Source of the DNA: Anaeromyxobacter sp.
GTDB lineage: Bacteria; Myxococcota; Myxococcia; Myxococcales; Anaeromyxobacteraceae
Reading direction: 5' to 3'
Length of the DNA: 64,000 nt
Assembly (NCBI GenBank): GCA_049840735.1
Contig: JASGJN010000023.1
Span: 1 to 64,000, forward strand
In this document: in pieces, positions 15,015 through 28,981 of the stretch
Position numbering within the stretch: position 1 is the stretch's first letter
Layout of the letters: each line of letters begins with the position of its first letter
The notes under the pieces: model-generated
Database searches by the model: none
Seen by the model: the letters and a program-made list of their open reading frames with translations, nothing else
Told to the model about the DNA's origin: nothing
Position numbers and translations under genes: made by a program

Positions 15015-15956
15015 ATGCTCCAGAAGATGATCCGAATCGTCGCTGTCATCGCCATGGTGTCCGGGCTCGGGGCCGGCACCGCGGCTCGCGCCGCCGACAA
15101 GCAGATCACCATCGGCGTCGCCGTCGCCAACCTGCAGGCCGACTTCTTCAACCAGATCAAGGAGTCGACCGAGAAGTACGGGAAGGAGAAGGGGATCAAC
15201 ATCATCGCCGTGGACGCCAAGGGCGACTCCGCCGTCCAGGTGAGCCAGGTGCAGGACCTCCTCACCCGCAAGATCGACGCCCTCATCTACATCCCCGCCG
15301 GCGCCACCGCGGCCAACGTGCCGGTCAAGGCGGCCAAGGCGGCGGGCATCCCGGTGGTCAACGTGGACCGCAACACCGACGGCCCCCCCGGCGACACCTT
15401 CATCGCCTCCGACTCGGTCAACTCCACCAAGACGCTGGGTGAGTGGCTGTGCAAGGCCACCGGCGGCAAGGGCAAGGTGGCCATCATCCAGGGCCAGCTC
15501 GGCACCACCCCTGAGCAGGACCGCGACAACGGCTTCAACCAGGCGCTGAAGGCCTGCCCGGGCCTGCAGGTGGTCGCGAAGCAGGACAGCAAGATGTGGA
15601 TGCAGGACGAGGGCTTCGCCATCGCCCAGGACATGCTGCAGAAGAACCCGGACATCACCGTGTTCTTCGGCCGCGCCGACGCGCTGGCGCTGGGCGCCGC
15701 CCAGGCCGTCCGCGTCTCCAACGTGGGCCACAAGGTGTGGGTGATCGGCTTCGACGGCGACGTGGCCGGCCTCAAGGCCGTCCAGGCCGGGACGCTCGAC
15801 GCCACCGCCACGCAGCAGACCCAGAAGATGGGCCGCCTCGCCATCGACTCCGCCCTGAAGCTCATCAAGAAGGAGCAGGTGCCGCCCATCCAGCTGCAGC
15901 CGGCGACGCTGACCACGAAGGAGAACGTCGGCCCCTTCATCAAGGACCACCCGTAG
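15015..15956 (+). CDS. Sugar ABC transporter periplasmic binding protein (RbsB-like)
   Basis: Signal peptide; NLQADFF, GIPVVNVDR, IGFDG, ATATQQ. Confidence 0.93.
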   Translation: MLQKMIRIVAVIAMVSGLGAGTAARAADKQITIGVAVANLQADFFNQIKESTEKYGKEKGINIIAVDAKGDSAVQVSQVQDLLTRKIDALIYIPAGATAANVPVKAAKAAGIPVVNVDRNTDGPPGDTFIASDSVNSTKTLGEWLCKATGGKGKVAIIQGQLGTTPEQDRDNGFNQALKACPGLQVVAKQDSKMWMQDEGFAIAQDMLQKNPDITVFFGRADALALGAAQAVRVSNVGHKVWVIGFDGDVAGLKAVQAGTLDATATQQTQKMGRLAIDSALKLIKKEQVPPIQLQPATLTTKENVGPFIKDHP

Positions 15957-15981
15957 CGCCCTCCGGGCGGCAGGACTCGTC

Positions 15982-17517
15982 ATGGCGACCGACACGACCA
16001 CGACCGGGATGCCGCCCCCCACGGCGGGGAGCCCCACGCTGCAGCGGGGGCTCTCCGTCCGCGGGATCGGGAAGGAGTACTCGGACAACTGGGTCCTGCA
16101 GGGCGTGGACCTGGACGTCGCGCCGGGTGAGGTGGTGGCGGTGCTGGGCGAGAACGGCGCCGGCAAGTCCACGCTGTCCAGCATCATCGCCGGCCTCACC
16201 CCGGCCAGCGCCGGCCGCATGACCTGGGACGGCGAGCCCTACACGCCGGGCTCCCCCGGCGAGGCCATCGCCCACGGCATCGGGCTCATCCACCAGGAGA
16301 TGCGGCTCCTGCCGGACCTCACCATCGGCGAGAACGTCTTCGTCGGGCGCATCCCGATGAAGGGCGGGGTGGTGGACCGGGGGCAGATGAACGCGCGCGC
16401 CGAGGAGCAGCTCAGGCGGCTCGGCCTCGACCTCCCCGCCACGCGCGTGGTGCGGACGCTGCGCGTGGCCGCCCAGCAGCAGGTGGAGATCGCCAAGGCG
16501 CTCACGCTCAAGGCCCGGCTGCTGATCCTGGACGAGCCGACCGCCTCGCTGGGCGGCGAGGAGACCGAGCGGCTCTTCGCGCAGATCGGGCTGCTCAAGA
16601 AGGAGGGCTACTCCTTCATCTACATCAGCCACCGGCTGGAGGAGATCGCCCGGGTGGCCAGCCGCATCGTGGTGCTGCGCGACGGCCGGCGGGTGGCCGT
16701 GCACGACAGCGCCCAGGTGCCCATCCGGACGCTGGTGGAGCAGATGGTGGGCCGCAGCCTGGAGCGGATCTTCCCGCCGCTCGACCCGCCCGGCGCCCAG
16801 GTGGTGCTGGAGGTGAAGGGGCTCACCTCGGCCGAGGGGGCCTTCCGCGACGTCAGCTTCTCGGTGCGCCAGGGCGAGATCCTGGGCATCGCCGGCATCG
16901 TCGGCGCCGGCCGCACCGAGCTGGTGCGCGCGGTGGCGGGGGCGGACCCGGTGCAGGCCGGGACGGTCTGGGTGGACGGCAAGCGGCTGGCGCTCCACGG
17001 CCCGCGCGACGCGGTCCAGGCCGGGGTGGCGCTCATCCCCGAGGACCGCAAGACGCAGGGGCTCATCCTCCACCACACCGTGGAGGAGAACCTGGTGGCC
17101 ACCAACCTGGACCTGGTCTCCCCCGGCGGCTTCACCTGGCCGGCCGCGCTCCGGCGCTTCGGCCAGGAGATCATCACGCGCATGGGCGTGAAGGGCCGGA
17201 GCACGCAGCCGGTGGGGAGCCTCTCCGGCGGCAACCAGCAGAAGGTGGTGATCGGCAAGTGGCTCTCCCGCGCGCCCCGGGTCTGCATCCTGGACGAGCC
17301 CACGCGCGGCATCGACGTGGGGGCGCGGGCGGCCATCTACGAGGTGATCGCCGCCCTGGCCCGGACCGGCACCGCGGTGGTGGTGGTCAGCTCCGACCTG
17401 GAGGAGGTGCTCGGGCTCTCGCACCGCGTGATGGTGCTGAGCCGCGGGCAGCAGCGCGGGATCCTGGATCGCGCGGCGGCCAGCCACGTGGCGGTGATGG
17501 AGCTCGCGACGACGTAG
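15982..17517 (+). CDS. Sugar ABC transporter ATP-binding protein (RbsA-like, two NBDs)
   Basis: GENGAGKSTL, LILDEPT, ISHRLEE, LSGGNQQK, DEPTRGIDVGA. Confidence 0.96.
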   Translation: MATDTTTTGMPPPTAGSPTLQRGLSVRGIGKEYSDNWVLQGVDLDVAPGEVVAVLGENGAGKSTLSSIIAGLTPASAGRMTWDGEPYTPGSPGEAIAHGIGLIHQEMRLLPDLTIGENVFVGRIPMKGGVVDRGQMNARAEEQLRRLGLDLPATRVVRTLRVAAQQQVEIAKALTLKARLLILDEPTASLGGEETERLFAQIGLLKKEGYSFIYISHRLEEIARVASRIVVLRDGRRVAVHDSAQVPIRTLVEQMVGRSLERIFPPLDPPGAQVVLEVKGLTSAEGAFRDVSFSVRQGEILGIAGIVGAGRTELVRAVAGADPVQAGTVWVDGKRLALHGPRDAVQAGVALIPEDRKTQGLILHHTVEENLVATNLDLVSPGGFTWPAALRRFGQEIITRMGVKGRSTQPVGSLSGGNQQKVVIGKWLSRAPRVCILDEPTRGIDVGARAAIYEVIAALARTGTAVVVVSSDLEEVLGLSHRVMVLSRGQQRGILDRAAASHVAVMELATT

Positions 17518-17592
17518 CACCGCAGCACGGGCGCGCCGTCCGGCGCACCGAAGGCGCCGCCGGGGACCGGCGGCCAGCACGGAGGAAGAACG

Positions 17593-18357
17593 ATGAAGCT
17601 GTTCCGGTTGGACGACCAGGTCGCCTTCGTGACGGGCGCGGCCAGCGGCATCGGCCAGGCCATCGCGGTCGGGCTGGCCGAGGCGGGCGCGAACGTCGCC
17701 TGCTTCGACCTGGCCGCGGCCACCACCATGGACGACACCCTGGGCCGGATCGCCAGGCTGGGCCGGAAGGCCCTGGACGTGCGCGGCAACGTCACCAGCG
17801 CCGACGAGCTGGCGACGGCGGTGGGCCGGGTGGAGAAGGAGCTGGGCCCCATCACCGCGGCGGTGAACTGCGCCGGGATCGCCCACGCCACCGCGGCCGA
17901 AGACCTCCCGCTCCAGCAGTGGCAGCGCGTGATGGACGTGAACCTGACCGGCATCTTCCTCACCTGCCAGGCCGAGGCCCGGGTCATGCTCCCGCGCAAG
18001 AAGGGCGCGATCGTCAACATCGCCTCCATGTCCGGCAGCATCGTCAACCGCGGGCTCCTGCAGGTGCACTACAACGCCTCCAAGGCCGGCGTGATCCACC
18101 TCTCCAAGAGCTTCGCCATGGAGTGGGCGGACCGCGGCCTGCGCGTGAACGCCATCAGCCCCGGCTACACCCTCACGCCCATGAACAAGCGGCCGGAGGT
18201 GGCGGAGCAGGTGAAGAAGTTCGCCGCCGACACGCCCATGCAGCGCATGGCCACGCCGGACGAGATGGTCGGCCCGGCGGTGTTCCTGGTCAGCCAGGCG
18301 GCGTCCTTCGTGACCGGCGTCGACCTGATCGTGGACGGCGGGTTCGTCTGCTGGTGA
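17593..18357 (+). CDS. SDR oxidoreductase (polyol dehydrogenase-like)
   Basis: TGAASGIG, NIASMSG.IVNRGL.Q.HYNASK, VDGG. Confidence 0.93.
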   Translation: MKLFRLDDQVAFVTGAASGIGQAIAVGLAEAGANVACFDLAAATTMDDTLGRIARLGRKALDVRGNVTSADELATAVGRVEKELGPITAAVNCAGIAHATAAEDLPLQQWQRVMDVNLTGIFLTCQAEARVMLPRKKGAIVNIASMSGSIVNRGLLQVHYNASKAGVIHLSKSFAMEWADRGLRVNAISPGYTLTPMNKRPEVAEQVKKFAADTPMQRMATPDEMVGPAVFLVSQAASFVTGVDLIVDGGFVCW

Positions 18358-18380
18358 GCAACCGAGAGGAGACGGCACAG

Positions 18381-19172
18381 ATGGCAGCGCTTCGACGTTT
18401 CGAGGGGAAGGTGGCGGTGGTCACCGGCGGCAGCCGCGGCATCGGCAAGGCCATCGCCGAGCGGTTCGGGCAGGAGGGCGCCCGCCTGTGCGTGGCGGCC
18501 AACGAGCCCGGCGTGCACCAGTGCGCCGCCGACCTGAAGGCCAAGGGCTTCCAGGCCATCTCGGTGGAGCTGGACGTGACCAGCAAGGCCGCCGTCCAGG
18601 CCATGTACGAGCGGGTGGCGAAGGAGCTGGGCGAGGTGGACGTCTCGGTCCAGAACGCGGGCGTGATCACCATCGCCAAGCTGGAGGACCTGACCGAGGC
18701 CGAGTGGAACAAGGTGATGGCGGTGAACACCACCGGCGTCTTCCTCTGCTGCCAGGAGGCGGCGCTGCGCATGCGCAAGGCGGGCAAGAAGGGGCGGCTC
18801 ATCAACACCGCCTCCGGCCAGGCGCGCCAGGGGTTCATCTACACGCCGCACTACGCCGCCTCGAAGTTCGGCGTGGTGGGCATCACGCAGAGCCTGGCCA
18901 AGGAGCTGGCGCCCACCGGCATCACCGTCAACGCCTTCTGCCCGGGGATCATCACCACCGACATGTGGGCCTACAACGACGAGAAGTGGGGCAAGCTGCT
19001 GGGCGACTACAAGCCCGGCGAGCTGATGAAGGAGTGGGTGGACGCCATCCCCATGGGCCGCGCCGGCACCGGCGAGGACGTGGCCGGCCTGGTGGCCTTC
19101 CTGGCCTCGGATGACGCCGGCTACATCACCGGCCAGACCGTGAACGTGGACGGCGGCATGTTCATGTCGTGA
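18381..19172 (+). CDS. SDR oxidoreductase (acetoin reductase/sorbitol dehydrogenase-like)
   Basis: TGGSRGIG, NAG, YAASKFGVVGITQSLAKELA, CPGIITTDMW, GQTVNVDGG. Confidence 0.93.
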   Translation: MAALRRFEGKVAVVTGGSRGIGKAIAERFGQEGARLCVAANEPGVHQCAADLKAKGFQAISVELDVTSKAAVQAMYERVAKELGEVDVSVQNAGVITIAKLEDLTEAEWNKVMAVNTTGVFLCCQEAALRMRKAGKKGRLINTASGQARQGFIYTPHYAASKFGVVGITQSLAKELAPTGITVNAFCPGIITTDMWAYNDEKWGKLLGDYKPGELMKEWVDAIPMGRAGTGEDVAGLVAFLASDDAGYITGQTVNVDGGMFMS

Positions 19173-19374
19173 GCGTGGCGCCGGCCTGCCGCGGACCGCC
19201 CGTGGCAGGCCTGGTGCCGGGGGAGCGGCGGCGCGGGGCTGGTAACCCCGGACCGGCCTCGCGCCGCCCCCTGTCTTCGCAGGAGGTCAACCGCCCGGGC
19301 GACCCTGCTCGCGGCACCTCCGACTGCCTACCGTTAAGACCTGACCCCGCCGGTGCGGCGGGCGAGGAGGCGCG

Positions 19375-19626
19375 GTGGCGAGCGAGCTGACGGGCAGGCG
19401 ATGGACCGGGCGCCGGGTGGCGCGCCTGGTGGGCGGGTTCGCGCTCCTGACGGGCGGCGCGCTGCTCCTGGTGCTGCCAGGCCCCGGCATCCCGCTGGTC
19501 CTCGGCGGCCTGGCGCTGCTCGCGCCCGAGGTCGAGTGGGCGCGCCGCCTGCGGAGCCGCCTCTCCGACGCCTGGCACCGCGCCCGCGGCCGGTTCGGCC
19601 CCGGAGACGATCCCGCGCAGCCCTGA
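19375..19626 (+). CDS. Small PGPGW-domain membrane protein
   Basis: GALLLVLPGPGIPLVLGGLALLAPEVEWARR. Confidence 0.75.
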   Translation: MASELTGRRWTGRRVARLVGGFALLTGGALLLVLPGPGIPLVLGGLALLAPEVEWARRLRSRLSDAWHRARGRFGPGDDPAQP

Positions 19627-19692
19627 AGGCCCGGCCCCTGGGCGCCCGCGCGCGTTGCCCCCTCGATTCCAGCGTGCTACATCCGCGTCGCC

Positions 19693-20091
19693 GGAGCCGT
19701 CCGGGCGAACGCGTCGGTCTGCAGGACAGGGGCCGCCGAGGAAAGTCCGGGCACCAAAGGGCAGCGTGCCGGTCAACGGCCGGTCGGGGTGACCCGCAGG
19801 ACAGCGCAACAGAGAGCAGACCGCCGAACGGCGTCCTCCGGGACGCGCGTGGCAAGGGTGAAACGGTGCGGTAAGAGCGCACCGCACTCCCGGTGACGGG
19901 AGTGGCACGGCAAACCCCACGCGGTGCAAGAGCAAATAGGGAGGCGTCCTCGCCGCGAGGCGAGGTGTCGGGCGGCCCGCCCCAGCCTCCGGGTACGGCT
20001 CGCTAGAGGCGCACGGCAACGTGCGTGCGAGAGGAATGTTCGCCGCCGCCGGGAAACCGGCGGGACAGAACCCGGCTTACAGGACGGCTCC
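19693..20091 (+). ncRNA. rnpB: RNase P RNA, class A
   Basis: P1 GGAGCCGTCC...GGACGGCTCC; GAGGAAAGTCCGGGC; AGGGTGAAACGGTGCGGTAAGAGCGCACC; GGCAAACCCCAC; ACAGAACCCGGCTTAC; upstream TTGCCC-N17-TACATC. Confidence 0.98.
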
Positions 20092-20653
20092 GGCCTTTTC
20101 TTCGTAACCACCGCAGCTTGTGCGCCATGGGCACCGGAGGATCGGCGCCCAGCCGTCGGTTGATCCCATCCGCCGGCGCCTGGAGCCTGCAACAACGCGA
20201 GAGCGCGGAGCGGGCGGCGGCCGGGGTCTGGACCACGATCCCCGAGCCCGTCTGGTACTGGATCTCGATCCCGGTTCCGGTGCTGCGCGAGCCGACCACC
20301 TGCGAGATCCCCACCACCTCGAAATAGTACTCCTGGCCCGCCTCGAGAGTGACCATTCCGGTGACGCCCTGTTGCCCGGCGAGCGCGTTCCACTGGAGCT
20401 TGATGCCGCGCGTGCCCGGCCTGGCGTAGAGGCGGGTGAACGCGTGCTGGGGCAGCGTGGCCACCTCGCGACCGTCGAGCGCGAACGTCGCTCCCCACGC
20501 CGTCGGCTGCGCGTTCTCGCGGTAGACGTAGACGATGGCCTGGTCCGGCTTGGCCTCGAGCGGCGCGAGCGTCGTGTAGTGCGGGCCGGTCGCGGCGCAG
20601 CCGGACAGGACGGTGAGCGCGAGGAGCGTGGCGAGGGCGAGGCGAGGGCGCAT
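20003..20653 (-). CDS. Lipoprotein, DUF2846-like; 3' end runs into rnpB
   Basis: Lipobox LSGC; AIVYVYR..., LDGREVATL, LEAGQEYYF. Confidence 0.65.
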   Translation of the reverse strand: MRPRLALATLLALTVLSGCAATGPHYTTLAPLEAKPDQAIVYVYRENAQPTAWGATFALDGREVATLPQHAFTRLYARPGTRGIKLQWNALAGQQGVTGMVTLEAGQEYYFEVVGISQVVGSRSTGTGIEIQYQTGSGIVVQTPAAARSALSRCCRLQAPADGINRRLGADPPVPMAHKLRWLRRKGRSRPVSRVLSRRFPGGGEHSSRTHVAVRL

Positions 20654-20906
20654 GCGGAATCCAGGGGGTGGGGTGGGCTAGCAGGCCGAGTCAGAGGGCA
20701 AGAAGATCCACAAGACGTTCGCCCACCCCTGCGGCATGGCGTGCCAAGTCGCGGAGCTGCGCTGCGACGCGCTCGCAGGGCGGCGAGGTTTCGCAGGCTT
20801 TCGCAGCGCGTGCAGCCGGCCCTGCAGCGTCGAGCGCCGGCGGGACGCGGCGCGGACGGTCAAAGCCAGGCGCCGGGTGGAGCGGTGTCCACCCGGCGCC
20901 GGCCGG

Positions 20907-21665
20907 TCAGCGGCGCTGCAGCAGGTAGAACTCGTAGCCGAACCAGCGCAGGTGCTGGCGGAACATGGCGAACTCGCGCCGCTCGGAGGCGGCTGCGGCC
21001 TCCGCGTCAGGGTCGCCCGCGTGCTGCGCCATGACCTCGTTCATCCGCCGCTCCAGCGGATCCACGTAGGCGGCCCAGCCGGCGTCCTCCAGGGTGAAGT
21101 GACCCACCGGCTCGTAGCCGGCGGCGCGCGCCAGCGCGAGGTTGCCCTCCACGCTGGTCATGGCGGGGTAGGCCTGGTCCCAGAACGCCAGCACCTCGGC
21201 CGGGACCTCGGCGCGCGGACGAAACCAGGTGGCCTCGCTGGCGACGAGCACGCCCCGGTCTCGCAGCAGCGGCCGCAGCGTGCGCAGCGCCCGCTCGAAC
21301 CCGAGCACGAACAGCGCCCCCTCGGACCAGACGAGGTCGAAGCTCGAGTCCGGAAGCGCCAGCGCGCACATGTCGCCGGTCTGCGCCGTGATCCGGCCCG
21401 CGAGCCCGCCGGCCTCGACGGCGCGCTGGAGCGAGCCCACGAAGTCGGGGTTCACGTCGAGGGCCAGGATGCGCCCCGCCGTCAGCCCGGCCAGCGTGAG
21501 CGTCTGGGCCCCGCTGCCGCAGCCCAGGTCGAGCACGTCGGGTGCGGGGGGCAGGAGCGGCGCCACGGCGCGGAAGGCGCGGGTGGTCGCCTCGGCGGTG
21601 CCGGGGCCCTGGCGCGGGGTGGCGTGGTGGAACTGGAGGAAGAACTGGAAGGAACGGTCGTTCAA
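20907..21665 (-). CDS. Class I SAM-dependent methyltransferase
   Basis: PRQGPG, VLDLGCGSG.QT, GDM..L, FDLVWSEGA; TTG start after GAGAGG. Confidence 0.9.
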   Translation of the reverse strand: MNDRSFQFFLQFHHATPRQGPGTAEATTRAFRAVAPLLPPAPDVLDLGCGSGAQTLTLAGLTAGRILALDVNPDFVGSLQRAVEAGGLAGRITAQTGDMCALALPDSSFDLVWSEGALFVLGFERALRTLRPLLRDRGVLVASEATWFRPRAEVPAEVLAFWDQAYPAMTSVEGNLALARAAGYEPVGHFTLEDAGWAAYVDPLERRMNEVMAQHAGDPDAEAAAASERREFAMFRQHLRWFGYEFYLLQRR

Positions 21666-21851
21666 GGCACACCTCTCGGTGGCCCGCCGGTACGAGATCG
21701 GCGAGCCAGGCACTGCGTGATTTGGACGGGTGCTGTCACGCGCGCGCCGGGGTGGCCCGGGGCGCGCGGATCAGGCCGCGTCCGCTGCCGAGAGGAACGT
21801 CATCCGCCGCGCAGCGTCGCTCCGCGGCGGGGAGCCGTCAACCGGATTTGC

Positions 21852-23143
21852 TCACCGTCCGGGCGCGCCGTCCTGTGGCAGGAGCGCGGCACGCCGCTCG
21901 GGCCCGGCGCCCGTCAGCCCCCGGTACGCCAGCGCCGCCGCCGCGACCGCGCCCAGCCACAGGACCAGCGGTCCCACGAACCAGAGCACCGCCACGCACG
22001 CCGCCAGCGAGATCACCGCGGCCAGCCGGAGCGGGCCGCGCAGCAGCTTGACCGCCGCCGCCATGGACAGCACGTAGGTGGCGAGGAAGGCCGAGGTGGA
22101 GATGGGCAGGTAGTCCGCCGCGCCCAGCCCGAGCGCCCAGGCCGCGACCAGCGCGCAGGACGAGCCGCAGGCCAGCGCGGCCAGCGCGCGGCGCGGGGTG
22201 CCGGAGGGAGAGAGCGGGGCCAGGATGGACGGGAGCTGCCCCCGCGCCGCCAGCGCGTGCACCAGCCGGCTGGTCCCGGCGGCGTAGGCGTTGAGCGGGA
22301 TGAAGCAGAGCAGGTAGCCGGCGATCCCGACCGCGAAGGACGCGCCCTGGCCGAACACCCGCCCGGCCAGGAACACCAGCGGCGCGCCGCTGGCGGCCCG
22401 GGGGATGGGCGTGCCCACCACCGCCACCGCCAGCGTCAGGTAGACCGCGCCGACCGTCACAACCGCCACCAGGCTGGCCCGCCAGATGTCGCGCGGGTCG
22501 CGGAACTCCCGCGCCAGCGGGGTGATGGCCTCCCACCCCACGAAGGCCCAGAAGAGCTGCACGGCGGCCAGGCCCACCGCGCCGCCGCCCCTGGAGAAGA
22601 AGGGCGTGAACGCGGCCGGCTCCACGGCGGGCAGGGCCGTGGCCGCCACCACCACCAGCCCGGTCGCCAGGACCGCCAGCGTGGCCAGCTGGGCCAGCGC
22701 GCTCACGCGCAAGCCCAGCGCGTTGAGGGCGTAGGCGGCGGCGAGCAGCGCGCCCCCGTAGGCGAGCGCCTCCGCCTCGCCCCCGCCGGTGGCGCTGGCC
22801 AGCGAGTGGCCGGCGATGAGCGCCGCCACCACCGAGCCGGTCGGGTTCTGGGCCAGGAACAGCCACCCCGAGACCATGCCCCAGCGCGGGCCGAAGGCCC
22901 GCTCGATGGCGTCGGAGAAGCCGCCGGCGTCAGGGCGCTGCCGGGAACCGCGGCGTAGGCCAGGGCCATCGGCGCCGAGAGGAGCACCAGCGCCAGCCAG
23001 GCCAGGAGCGAGGCCGGTCCGGCCGTCTCGGCCGCGATGGCCGGCAGGACCAGCACCCCGGTCCCCAGCACCGACCCCGCGTACAGCGCCACCCCGTGCC
23101 ACAGCCCGAGCGTCCGTCGCAGCTCGCTTCCCTGGGTTTGCAT
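21852..23143 (-). CDS. APC-family amino acid permease/exporter (YjeH-like), one indel near 22947
   Basis: GSVLGTGVLVLPAIAA, RPDAGG, FWAFVGWE, EFRDPRD; two frames join into one multi-TM protein. Confidence 0.85.
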
Positions 23144-23165
23144 GCGGGAAGGATGCGAGGGCGGG

Positions 23166-23236
23166 TGGTCCTCCTCAATGGCCACTTCTGCAGCGCCGGG
23201 AAGTACCATTATGATGACCGGACCACCGCCTGGACC
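23166..23236. promoter_or_regulatory. Putative MocR-type operator between divergent genes
   Basis: Imperfect inverted repeat AATGGCCACTTC...GAAGTACCATT plus TGGTCC, GGACCA and TGGACC boxes. Confidence 0.5.
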
Positions 23237-23240
23237 CGCC

Positions 23241-24740
23241 ATGAAGAGAGCCTTCGACCCCGGCAGCCTCGTCTCCATCGCCGTGGACCGTCGCTCGCGC
23301 CAGCCCATGCACCGGCAGGTCTACGCGTCCATCCGCGCCGCCATCGCCGCCGGCCAGCTCCGGCCCGGGCAGCGCCTCCCGTCCACGCGCGCGCTCGCGG
23401 ACCAGCTCGGGGTCTCGCGGACGCCGGTGGTGCTGGCCTTCGACCAGCTGCTGGCCGAGGGGTACGTGCAGGGGCGGGTGGGGGCGGGGACCTACGTCTC
23501 GCCAGCGCTCCCCGCGCTGCGGGGCGCGCACCCGGGAGCGTCGCGCGAGCGCGGTCCCCGCCGGGTGGCCTTCGAGGGCGGGGACGTGGCGGCCGGCGAG
23601 CCCACCCCGTGGGCCCCTGGGCAGGAGGCCTTCCGCATCGCGCTGCCGGCGCTCGAGCACCTGCCGGTCGCGACCTGGGGACGGCTGGTGGCCCGCCACG
23701 CCCGCCGCCTCACCCGGCGCGCCTGCACCCACGGTGACCCGCTGGGTCACCCGGCGCTGCGCGAGGTGCTCGCGTCGTACCTGTCCGCCTCCCGCGGCGT
23801 CCGCTGCGAGCCGGGCCAGATCCTGATCGTGAGCGGCTCGCAGCAGGCCCTGGCGCTGTGCGCGCGGGTGCTGGTGGGCGCGGGCCAGGAGGCGTGGCTG
23901 GAGGACCCGGGCTACCCCGGCGCCCGCGCCGCCTTCGAGCTGGCGGAGGCGAAGCTCGTCCCGGTCCCGGTGGACGAGGAGGGGCTGGACGTGGCGGCCG
24001 GCCTCCGCCGCGCGCCCAGCGCCCGCGCCGCCTACGTCACGCCCTCGCACCAGTACCCGCTGGGCGTGACGCTGACGCTGGCGCGGCGTCTCCAGCTGCT
24101 CGAGTGGGCGCGGCAGGCCGGGGCCTGGCTCATCGAGGACGACTACGACGCCGAGTACCGCTACGAGAGCGCGCCGGTGGCGCCGCTGCACGCGCTCGAC
24201 GCCGACCAGCGCGTGCTCTACGTGGGCACCTTCTCCAAGGTCCTCTTCCAGTCGCTGCGCATCGGGTACCTGGTGGTCCCGTCCGACCTGGTGCCCGCGT
24301 TCGCGCGGGCGCGCGACGCCCTGGACGTCTTCCCCGCGCCGCTCCTCCAGGCCGCGCTGGCCGAGTTCGTCTCCGAGGGCCACTTCTCCCGCCACCTGCG
24401 CCGGATGCGCGTCCGCTACCGCGCCCGCCGCACCGCGCTGGTGGAGGCGCTCCGCGGCGAGCTGGGCGGGCGGGCGCGCATCCTGGGCGCGGAGGCGGGC
24501 CTGCACCTGGTGCTGGAGCTGCCCCCGTCCGCGCCCGACGTGGAGATCTCCCGGCGCGCGCTCGCCGCCGGCGTGGTGGCGAAGCCGCTCTCGCCCTACG
24601 GGCAGGGCCGGGTCAGCAGGCGCGGCCTGGTGCTCGGGTTCGGGGGCGTGGGTGAGGCCCGCTGCCGCGAGGCGGTCCGGACGCTGGCGGGCGTGCTGCG
24701 CAGCGCGGTGCCGGGGTGGGCGGGGCGCGGCGCGCGGTGA
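23241..24740 (+). CDS. MocR/GabR-family PLP-dependent transcriptional regulator
   Basis: GntR HTH RLPSTRALADQLGVSR; EDPGY, YVTPSHQYPLG, IEDDYD, GTFSK. Confidence 0.95.
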   Translation: MKRAFDPGSLVSIAVDRRSRQPMHRQVYASIRAAIAAGQLRPGQRLPSTRALADQLGVSRTPVVLAFDQLLAEGYVQGRVGAGTYVSPALPALRGAHPGASRERGPRRVAFEGGDVAAGEPTPWAPGQEAFRIALPALEHLPVATWGRLVARHARRLTRRACTHGDPLGHPALREVLASYLSASRGVRCEPGQILIVSGSQQALALCARVLVGAGQEAWLEDPGYPGARAAFELAEAKLVPVPVDEEGLDVAAGLRRAPSARAAYVTPSHQYPLGVTLTLARRLQLLEWARQAGAWLIEDDYDAEYRYESAPVAPLHALDADQRVLYVGTFSKVLFQSLRIGYLVVPSDLVPAFARARDALDVFPAPLLQAALAEFVSEGHFSRHLRRMRVRYRARRTALVEALRGELGGRARILGAEAGLHLVLELPPSAPDVEISRRALAAGVVAKPLSPYGQGRVSRRGLVLGFGGVGEARCREAVRTLAGVLRSAVPGWAGRGAR

Positions 24741-24745
24741 CCTGC

Positions 24746-24778
24746 GGGGCCGCGGATCCGCCCGGGATCCGCGGCCCC
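24746..24778. terminator. Hairpin between convergent genes
   Basis: GGGGCCGCGGATCC-N5-GGATCCGCGGCCCC, a perfect 14-bp stem. Confidence 0.65.
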
Positions 24779-24785
24779 CTCGGCC

Positions 24786-28727
<3,942 letters not shown>

Positions 28728-28981
28728 GCGGTGGTCCCCAGGGCAGGGAAGGACGCGCCCGCGCGGTCACGGGTGGTCGGGGGGCCCAGGAGCGGGCGGA
28801 GCCTAAGCCCGCCTGGCTCGCCAGGAGGGCCGGCACATGGGGGCGGCCCGCACGAGCCACGCGAACCGCGCTGGCCGGTTGCGTCATGCCGGAGGGTGGC
28901 CCCGGCGCGGGCGGGAGGGATGCCGCGTAGCGGACCGCCTGGTCTCACTCCATCGGGAGCCGCGCAAGGTGAAGGGGACTT

